Source: an uncultured Bacillales bacterium (GTDB lineage Bacteria > Bacillota_I > Bacilli_A > RFN20 > CAG-826). From it: 43,286 nucleotides of DNA. Made by a program: the position numbers and the translations under genes. Below are positions 9,325 to 16,744 of the stretch, piece by piece (within the stretch, counting starts at the first letter, position 1; every line of letters begins with the position of its first letter). The notes under the pieces were generated by a model. That model did no database searches and was not told where the DNA came from. It saw only the letters and a program-made list of their open reading frames with translations. The stretch covers positions 1 through 43,286 of the forward strand of contig CAMKFP010000002.1 of NCBI GenBank assembly GCA_946411895.1, given 5' to 3'.

Positions 9325-12300
9325 TCTAATATCATCTAAATAGAAATAGCTATCAGAATTCAAAGTATACAATCTAAAGAAGTTCAGTTTTGTGGAATCA
9401 AATGTTCCCTCACCACTTTGATAGAAACTAGATAAAGGTATTTGCACATGGTTCCAACCATCTTCTAAGATGTATGGTTTTACATTGCATGTAATTTCTT
9501 GATTGTCCCAAATGCCACTAGAAGTGAGTTCGACATACACCACATCACCTAAGGTGTCGCGGTTTGGCACATAGAAATAGAAGCTTAATGAACCAGTGGA
9601 CATATAAGCACTGATATCGGTGTTATTAAACATATAGACGAATGTCGCATTTGTCGTATCTGTTGATTGATAGCTATAAGAGCCTTCCATTCTGAAATCG
9701 GAAAGGGTGACCGCTCCACTACCACTCAGGCTTTCGCATTCACTTAAGATAATCTCGTTATTAGAGATTGGCTCATGGAAGAAGGAAATATAGTCAAGAT
9801 AGTGATAACAATTGGTCCCGTTAGCGTAGAAACGGAAGTAATTCAACGCTGAAGGATTAAATGTTCCAACACTATTAGACATGCTAGATAGTTTAACAAT
9901 AATTTCATTCCATCCAGTCTTGGTCACTTGATCCATAAAGTTATATGTAATCTCATCAGCGTCACAATTATTGCTAGAAGTTAACTCCACAGAATATTCA
10001 TTTCCTTTGGAGGAAATATTAGCGATATAAATATAGAATCTCAAATAGCCATGTCTCATATATGAGGAGATATCTCTTGCGCTGAATCTATAGAAAATAG
10101 CGGGATTACCCGTGCTATTGGCTCTTAAGCTATAGGAACCTTGTACTTTATATGAGCTATTTCTAGTAGCATTTGAGAATCCTGTCGTGCTTTCGCAATA
10201 TGATAAGACATCTTCGTCTAAGCCACGGATTGGAGAATCTGGTGAATCATCAGTGGAGGAAGAAGAGTTATAGTACTTCTCATATTTATTGATGAAATCA
10301 AGTCTGCCATAGGCTTCTAAATGACCAGAGATCAAATTAAAGGAAGAACCAAACACTCTTACGGAACTAACGATCTTGGCGTCTCCACCATTGATAATAT
10401 ACATATAGCTGGTGTCTTTAAGGTTGTCTTGGGATGTATTAAGAGCTAACAAGCTAGCGTTATTCGATTCAATTAAAGTTTTGATGCCATAAGAGAAGCA
10501 GCCTAAAACTTGCTCGTTTCCACCTGTGAGTTTAATCATTGTGCAATAAGTTCTTGTAATATCTCTGGCTTTATCGTGAGCTTCTTCTTTCGAGTCATCC
10601 TCGAAATTATAATATTTATTAAGTGCGGTTAAATTATCTTGCGCAAAGTCATGTAAACAGTTTCTTGCTAAGAAGGTGAGATTAGTGAGTGAGGAGATAA
10701 GTTTTCCAGATTCGCTTGCTTTAATAAATGTCTCATAAGCACTGCCATAGCAATATTTTATATAGTGATTACTAGAGCCAGTGAAGTCAAAGCCAGTAAA
10801 GGTATATGAAGCTTCGCTATTGAGAGCGAAACAGCCATCATCTAAGGCTTTCACCATAACAAATGAATCGGTATTGCTATTACTTAAAAGGTTATAAGCC
10901 ATATCAGGATCGCGATAGACGTTATACATACGTATACCGTTAATACCAGCGTTTTTAGAAAGCTTTACACAAGCCTCATCACTATAGGAGATGAACTTTA
11001 CTAGCTCGTTTTGGCTTTCAGTATTCGTCGTTCTCGAAAATGAATTAGCAAATGATGTGAGCATCGTATTAGCAGGAACACTAATTGGATTATTAAGGCG
11101 ATAAGTGCCATTTTTAATAACGATTACTCCACCATCGGTGCATTTATTGATTTCGGTTTGTAAAGCACTACTGACATCATTAACACCGGTGGTGTCTAAT
11201 GAATCAATATAGTAAACTCTTGCAGGGATATTAAAGACATGGGAATCATCATGAGCTGGTGTAACTTGATATGTTTCCGAGCCATATTCAATAATGGTGT
11301 CACCTGTACTTAATAGTTCATCATAGCGGCATTTAGAAAGCTTAAGGACACCTTCAGTGGCGACATTAATAACCTTGCCTAAAGAGGAATGGGTGAATAT
11401 CACACCACAACCACTAAATAGACGTGTGGCGTAAACTCCTGTAAGGCAATCAGAAATATTAACGTCATTTAATAAACCCCAGAAGGCTTGTAATGGTCTA
11501 ACAACTTCAACTGGGAAATAGATACCAATCTTAGCGTTATCGATATTGATATGATCAAAGCTAAAATCATCTAAGTCACCTAAAGTCAAGGCCACTAAGT
11601 TGGTACGGGTATATTTATATAAGGCAGTAACGTTGCTACAGCGATATTCACTTATCGCATTTTCATAATATGAAGGTGAGATATTGATATTATTCCAATT
11701 ACCAGCGTCGGATTGATAATACCCAGAAATAGCGTTATTTAAGAAAGTACCATAGATATTTTCAATGCAGACCAACTCACCACCACCAGCATCGTTAACG
11801 TCATTAACAGAAATACCGTTATATGAATTAATGAATAACAAGTTAGATAAACTAGCGGCTAAATTGTGATAAGCATAAACGGTATAACCATATGTAGTGA
11901 CACTAGTCACATCTTGATTTGGATAATAGAAAGTGACACCGTTAATACCAGCGTTAGAGAAGACGACAATTTGCGCGCTTTCCGCGACTATATCCGTGCC
12001 ACTATGAGGCATCGTGCATAAGAAGACAGTTCCATAATCATCGGCGTCTGGTCCATTAAATTCACCAACGAGAGTGACTCTACTTGGAATATGAATCTGA
12101 CTACTGATGAGATATTTACCACTTGAGATATATAATGTTCCACCACCTAAAGAAGAAACATAATTCAAAGCGGATTGAATGGTTGAAGTGGCGTCCACGA
12201 CACCAGTTGGATCAGCCTCATAGCCACTAGAGGGGATAGCTAAACTCACAGCGATTGGATAAGGATATTGAGCGGGTTGTCTCAACATGCTTGGAGCGAT

Positions 12301-13023
12301 ATAGGCAATATGTTCTGGAGGAAGTTCATATGTTAAAACAGTATCAACATATGTTCCTTCGTCTTCTTTAGTTAAAGAGACATATTCACATTCACTACAG
12401 GCATAGAATTCTTTATTACCTGGCTCAAATTGCGTTGGTTCTTTGGCTAGATAATGGTATCCATTATGAACATGTGGTTGAACTGGGTCTAATTCACCAC
12501 TACCATCACATGTATATTCCACGGTGATATAAGTGATTTGAGCGATTGAAGTTCCTGCGGTGATTTTAAAGTATGGTTTAGAATCGATCTCATATCTCAC
12601 TTCGCTAGTTACTTGAATTGGGTCACAATAACTAGAAGTTGAATCACCATAGCACAAGGAAACTGCTCCTGAATATGTTTTGATTGTGATGGCTCTTAAA
12701 CCACTGAAAGGGGTGTTATTAGCTAAAGCACCGCTATTAGCGGCTAATCTAATACGAGTGTTCCTTTGTTGAGCGTTTGTATATGAAAAAATAATTGGAT
12801 TTCCGTTGCTTGTCCTCGGACTATTAACTTGAGTGCTTGTTCCAGAACCACTAGAAGTTGGTAAAAAACCGTAGTTGCTATTATCTAGAGTAAATGTATA
12901 AACCTTAGATTCAGAATAACTTCTGACAACTGAATTAGTGGATGTAACAAAAGATAAAATAACCGCAAGCGAAAAAAGAAGAGAAGATAAAATCGCATGG
13001 ACAATGTACTTTTTGTTCTTCAT
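9313..13023 (-). CDS. Exported 1236-aa protein: shared N-module, GH55-like tandem beta-helix (pectate-lyase-3 type), two C-terminal CBM-like modules
   Basis: The signal/anchor is MKNKKYIVHAILSSLLFSLAVILSFV. Two beta-helix entry motifs are present: DPTGVVDATSTIQSALNYVSSLGGGTLYISSGKYLI (about aa 271) and DTTGVNDVSSALQTEINKCTDGGVIVIKNGTYRL (about aa 610). Tandem modules of about 150 aa lie at the C-terminus. The gene ends in TGA at 9313-9315. Confidence 0.85.
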   Translation of the reverse strand: MKNKKYIVHAILSSLLFSLAVILSFVTSTNSVVRSYSESKVYTFTLDNSNYGFLPTSSGSGTSTQVNSPRTSNGNPIIFSYTNAQQRNTRIRLAANSGALANNTPFSGLRAITIKTYSGAVSLCYGDSTSSYCDPIQVTSEVRYEIDSKPYFKITAGTSIAQITYITVEYTCDGSGELDPVQPHVHNGYHYLAKEPTQFEPGNKEFYACSECEYVSLTKEDEGTYVDTVLTYELPPEHIAYIAPSMLRQPAQYPYPIAVSLAIPSSGYEADPTGVVDATSTIQSALNYVSSLGGGTLYISSGKYLISSQIHIPSRVTLVGEFNGPDADDYGTVFLCTMPHSGTDIVAESAQIVVFSNAGINGVTFYYPNQDVTSVTTYGYTVYAYHNLAASLSNLLFINSYNGISVNDVNDAGGGELVCIENIYGTFLNNAISGYYQSDAGNWNNINISPSYYENAISEYRCSNVTALYKYTRTNLVALTLGDLDDFSFDHINIDNAKIGIYFPVEVVRPLQAFWGLLNDVNISDCLTGVYATRLFSGCGVIFTHSSLGKVINVATEGVLKLSKCRYDELLSTGDTIIEYGSETYQVTPAHDDSHVFNIPARVYYIDSLDTTGVNDVSSALQTEINKCTDGGVIVIKNGTYRLNNPISVPANTMLTSFANSFSRTTNTESQNELVKFISYSDEACVKLSKNAGINGIRMYNVYRDPDMAYNLLSNSNTDSFVMVKALDDGCFALNSEASYTFTGFDFTGSSNHYIKYCYGSAYETFIKASESGKLISSLTNLTFLARNCLHDFAQDNLTALNKYYNFEDDSKEEAHDKARDITRTYCTMIKLTGGNEQVLGCFSYGIKTLIESNNASLLALNTSQDNLKDTSYMYIINGGDAKIVSSVRVFGSSFNLISGHLEAYGRLDFINKYEKYYNSSSSTDDSPDSPIRGLDEDVLSYCESTTGFSNATRNSSYKVQGSYSLRANSTGNPAIFYRFSARDISSYMRHGYLRFYIYIANISSKGNEYSVELTSSNNCDADEITYNFMDQVTKTGWNEIIVKLSSMSNSVGTFNPSALNYFRFYANGTNCYHYLDYISFFHEPISNNEIILSECESLSGSGAVTLSDFRMEGSYSYQSTDTTNATFVYMFNNTDISAYMSTGSLSFYFYVPNRDTLGDVVYVELTSSGIWDNQEITCNVKPYILEDGWNHVQIPLSSFYQSGEGTFDSTKLNFFRLYTLNSDSYFYLDDIRLVK
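9316..10212 (-). repeat. Intragenic tandem duplication encoding two CBM-like beta-sandwich modules (153 aa + 146 aa)
   Basis: The two units align along their length. One reads CESTTGFS...GSYSL...DISSYMRHGYLRFYIYI...VELTSS...DEITYN...GWNEIIVKLSS...GTFNPSALNYFRFY...YLDYISF. The other reads CESLSGSG...GSYSY...DISAYMSTGSLSFYFYV...VELTSS...QEITCN...GWNHVQIPLSS...GTFDSTKLNFFRLY...YLDDIRL. Confidence 0.7.
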
Positions 13024-13483
13024 TATTTTTATATTAACCGGATTTATAGATTATTTCTTTTATTAAATAAATGTTTATCAAAATAATCTAATTACAAATT
13101 AATATATCGTTATTAAAACAAATGAATTTGTCATAGCTATAAGTCTATTTCATATTCAGGTGTTGATGTAAAGATATATCTTTAATCAAAACTTAATAAG
13201 TTTTCGCATGAATGCGGTGGAGAATCATCAACCCCTTTTTATTGATATCTTCTTCTTTAAAAGAAATATTCATAGCTTCTAATAATCTCTCAGTAAATTG
13301 AGAGATACTTAATGTGTGATATGCCTCATATGTACTGACGACATAATTTAAAGGTAAAGTTTATATGCTCTTTTACTTGAAACTTCATAGCAATAGCAAA
13401 AATGACGATAAACATATCCACACCAATACATGATAGAGAGAATTTTAATACATTCATATTTCTATAACCATTCTTTTATGTTT

Positions 13484-13517
13484 AAAACATAAAGAAAGAG
13501 AGTGCCAGCCGGCACTC
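13484..13517 (-). terminator. Rho-independent terminator downstream of the 1044-aa gene (usable in both directions)
   Basis: A perfect 7-bp stem GAGTGCC/GGCACTC (13500-13506 / 13511-13517) closes a 4-nt loop. On the minus strand it is followed by CTCTTTCTTTATGTTTT. It lies 40 nt past the TAG at 13557-13559. Confidence 0.55.
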
Positions 13518-13556
13518 CCAATTTGATTTTATAGTTTCAAGCAGTTTACAAAGTCT

Positions 13557-16500
13557 CTAATAGAACGAAACGTGTCCAAGATAGAGGTAAGTTGTTTGAG
13601 AGGAAGAGGACTCAAAGTAGAAAGAAACGTTATAAATTGTTCCATAAGAGGATAGATCTACTTTTGTATATCTCCAAGAATTACTCACTATCGAAGAAGA
13701 ATAATATGCCTGGGAGTAATTACTGCTATCAGGAGAAGCGTGTCCGCTTACTATTGGAGATGGGTTTTTATAAACGAATACCTTAAAGGAAGGATAGACA
13801 CTACCATTGGGGTTATAAATCCAAAAGGCTAATCCACTAAAGGTCAATCCACTTCCAGAATTAAAGTCATTCACTAAGGTGAATCTAGTTTTAACAAAGC
13901 TATTATTAGCAATTCTTAATCCTAAAGAATGGTCGTTATCAAATTTATAAGTAGAGCTAGTACTAGTCCAATCTCCTGCACCGCTATTCGCGGTCCAGGA
14001 ACTATTGTTCATATACCATCTTTGCCAAACAACTTGGCTAGCAGCGTCAGAAGAATAATCGCATCTATCAAACCACTTTTCTAAGCAAGTGATGCTGTAA
14101 TTATTTGTCATAAATGACTTAATTGAGCCATCTAATCCAAGATTAATAATTCTTCCTTGGTCGCTTTGAACAGTACCCGTGATAGTGCCAAAACTATATC
14201 CAGAAGCACTTCCAGAAGTAGGAATAGATATTTCTCCAGTGCTCTTGTTATAACTATAGCTATAAGCTAAGGCGTCATTACCGTCAACCGTTACACTGAC
14301 TTTATTAACATCATCTCCGTGTAAAGTAACTAAAACAGGCAAAGAGGTTTTGCCGTACGCTGAGCCAAACATCGAATTAAACGTTGCTGTTCCCTTAGCC
14401 ACCATTGCGACTTTATCGCTAGTTGGTCCAATATCAGGTTCAATATCAGTATCATCACTAATAGGGACATATATTCTTAAGTGATTCATAAAACTAATAT
14501 AGTTTTGATTAACGTAAGCACTTGATGTAGAAGAAACATTAAATGTTCTTCTTCTAAATCCGCTCCAGAAGGAAGAATCTAAAACAGTGAATGGTGAAGA
14601 AACATTATTTGGTCGAGGAGAATAACTACCGTGACTTCCCCAACAATCGCTTCTCCATTGATAACCACTATCAACGATAATTACGGTGTTAGAAGGTAAG
14701 TCTCCTTCACTAGCATAAAATGGTCTCGTGCATAAGAACTTTTTAGCGGTGTCATCAACATAACTATTTGTTAATTCATAATAGCTATCGCACTTATAAA
14801 AACCAGTAATAGGATCTAAATGGATTCTTTCATAAGCGTCGATATTTTTATACGAGTTAACAAATAATTGCTGATCGTTATAATAATCATCATTTCTATC
14901 TTTAGGTTTTAAGGATCCTAAAGCGCTATTAGGGACATAAATATGGAAACCATCAAAGATTTGATCATATTGGCCTTTGAGTTCAGTCTTGCCTGCTTTA
15001 AAAATATTGAAGGCACGATATTGATAATTAGAGAAGAAACTAGAAGTGATTTCTAAAATATTGTCATATCTTTCTTCAGGGCGAGAATATTGCACGCTAT
15101 CGCTAATCCAAGCATCGGGACGATAACCAAAAGCATCATCAACCACCACTAAAGAACCAATCGGTAAAGTGGATGAAGTAAATCTTTTGCTGGAGACATA
15201 TAAATTAGAGACGTCTTTAACGTTAGATTGTCTTTTATTGTAGTTAGATGAATCAGTACTATTCCAATATGAACAGCCCACTAGTTCGGCATCAATTTCA
15301 GTATAATCACTTAAATTATAAGAACCCAAATCTCTACTTAAATACTTAGAATTTGTGAAATTTAACGGGTTTTTGTAGGCATTTTTAATAGATTCATATG
15401 CTACGTTATTAAAAGAAGGGTCAACTTCATTAGGAAGATAAGAGCAAGGACTCATATCTAAATCAACATCAAAAACATTAGATAAAAAGTTTAAGGCTAA
15501 TAGATATCTTCCATGCACACTAGACATATGTTTTCCATCACGCGTAAAGGTTTCTTTCATGTATGATGTACGCATGTTTTGCACCGCTGTTCCAGCAGGG
15601 ATCATTTTTTCAAAAACTCCTAATGCGGCTACTCTGTTTGAGTAGCAATCGTTAATGGCATCATACATCGCTATTTGGTCATTATTAAAATAGGAGAAAT
15701 AATCATAGTAATCATGATAATCACTATCATAGGCCCAGGTTTGATGCCAATAAAACTTTGGTGTGCTCCCCACTAAGGACCTCACCGAAGAAACTAAACT
15801 AGCTAAATTATTATACGAATCACTTCTCCCGACTTCTGCACTAGCTTGTTGGAAAGTGATAATGTCCCATGAGTTAGATAAAACGATGTTCCTTAAACTC
15901 ATATTGTCGCGATAATCCCACTGACTTCCATTCAGCCTTCTCATCGAATAACTCGTGGAATCATTATTAAGATTAGTGTAATGCTGATTAATCGTGCATC
16001 CCGCTATATAAGCATCGTATAAAGTTAAATTAAAGCCATATGAGCCAGCAACTCGAGCGGAATAGAATAAAGTATCATCCGCAAAGGAATTGCCTATCAT
16101 GAGGACTTTTAAGTCCTTTCTAGGATGTGTTTCTTCTATACATGAGTACGAAATAGAGAAACTAGTTATATTAACTGAGACATCATTATTATTTTTAATA
16201 TAAAAATAGGACGGCCTATCTTCTTGTAAGTAATAAGTAGTATGAGGGTAGATCTCTTTTTCTTGCGAATAAATAATATTTGTCCCATCAAGAGAGTATC
16301 CATAATATAGACTCAAGGTTTTATCTTCTAACGAATCAAATCTAACAGAGGTAATACCATTAATCTTATTTAAATAATTACTATTATTAAGAGGATTATA
16401 AAAATACCCTTGAGGAAGAAGAGTTTGCCATCCATCGTTATAATTTAAAACATTATACGCTCTTATCTCTATTGAATTATGTTTATCAGTGTTTATGGAA

Positions 16501-16691
16501 GAAGATATTTCTCCTATATACGAAGTAGACTCATTACTGATTTTTTGATTATGCAAGGATAAAACATATTCTCCAGTAGCTTGTTCTGAAGTAAGTCGCT
16601 TTTGAGCTTGTTGATTATTCAGCTGAAAAACACTTACACCAATAAGTGCAATAGAAGAAAATAGAGACAATGCTAATAATGATTTTTTCAT
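13557..16691 (-). CDS. Exported 1044-aa protein: shared N-module, DUF4886 (SGNH-like) esterase domain, tandem unknown ~130-aa domains, linker module, C-terminal CBM-like module
   Basis: I prefer the start at ATG 16691 (MKKSLLALSLFSSIALIGVSVF, a signal peptide). The track's ATG 16712 sits in the loop of the upstream hairpin. The DUF4886 motifs LMIGNSFADD, ITFQQA, HQTWAY, IPAGTAVQ and RDGKHM match the stand-alone paralogue at 39786-40556. Confidence 0.82.
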   Translation of the reverse strand: MKKSLLALSLFSSIALIGVSVFQLNNQQAQKRLTSEQATGEYVLSLHNQKISNESTSYIGEISSSINTDKHNSIEIRAYNVLNYNDGWQTLLPQGYFYNPLNNSNYLNKINGITSVRFDSLEDKTLSLYYGYSLDGTNIIYSQEKEIYPHTTYYLQEDRPSYFYIKNNNDVSVNITSFSISYSCIEETHPRKDLKVLMIGNSFADDTLFYSARVAGSYGFNLTLYDAYIAGCTINQHYTNLNNDSTSYSMRRLNGSQWDYRDNMSLRNIVLSNSWDIITFQQASAEVGRSDSYNNLASLVSSVRSLVGSTPKFYWHQTWAYDSDYHDYYDYFSYFNNDQIAMYDAINDCYSNRVAALGVFEKMIPAGTAVQNMRTSYMKETFTRDGKHMSSVHGRYLLALNFLSNVFDVDLDMSPCSYLPNEVDPSFNNVAYESIKNAYKNPLNFTNSKYLSRDLGSYNLSDYTEIDAELVGCSYWNSTDSSNYNKRQSNVKDVSNLYVSSKRFTSSTLPIGSLVVVDDAFGYRPDAWISDSVQYSRPEERYDNILEITSSFFSNYQYRAFNIFKAGKTELKGQYDQIFDGFHIYVPNSALGSLKPKDRNDDYYNDQQLFVNSYKNIDAYERIHLDPITGFYKCDSYYELTNSYVDDTAKKFLCTRPFYASEGDLPSNTVIIVDSGYQWRSDCWGSHGSYSPRPNNVSSPFTVLDSSFWSGFRRRTFNVSSTSSAYVNQNYISFMNHLRIYVPISDDTDIEPDIGPTSDKVAMVAKGTATFNSMFGSAYGKTSLPVLVTLHGDDVNKVSVTVDGNDALAYSYSYNKSTGEISIPTSGSASGYSFGTITGTVQSDQGRIINLGLDGSIKSFMTNNYSITCLEKWFDRCDYSSDAASQVVWQRWYMNNSSWTANSGAGDWTSTSSTYKFDNDHSLGLRIANNSFVKTRFTLVNDFNSGSGLTFSGLAFWIYNPNGSVYPSFKVFVYKNPSPIVSGHASPDSSNYSQAYYSSSIVSNSWRYTKVDLSSYGTIYNVSFYFESSSSQTTYLYLGHVSFY
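14460..15326 (-). repeat. Intragenic tandem repeat encoding two copies of an unnamed ~130-aa domain
   Basis: Copy 1 reads ...TLPIGSLVVVDDAFGYRPDAW...YSRPEE...ITSSFFSNYQYRAFNI...FHIYVP. Copy 2 reads ...DLPSNTVIIVDSGYQWRSDCW...YSPRPNN...LDSSFWSGFRRRTFNV...HLRIYVP. Confidence 0.6.
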
Positions 16692-16723
16692 AAAATACAA
16701 GAAGGACCCCATGAAGGGGTCCT
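16691..16723 (-). terminator. Intercistronic hairpin/terminator between the 840-aa and 1044-aa genes
   Basis: On the minus strand the sequence is AGGACCCC-TTCAT-GGGGTCCT, an 8-bp GC-rich stem (16703-16710 / 16716-16723). It is followed by TCTTGTATTTTAT, which runs directly into ATG 16691. Confidence 0.55.
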
Positions 16724-16744
16724 GTTAATAAATTGAAATGTTAA

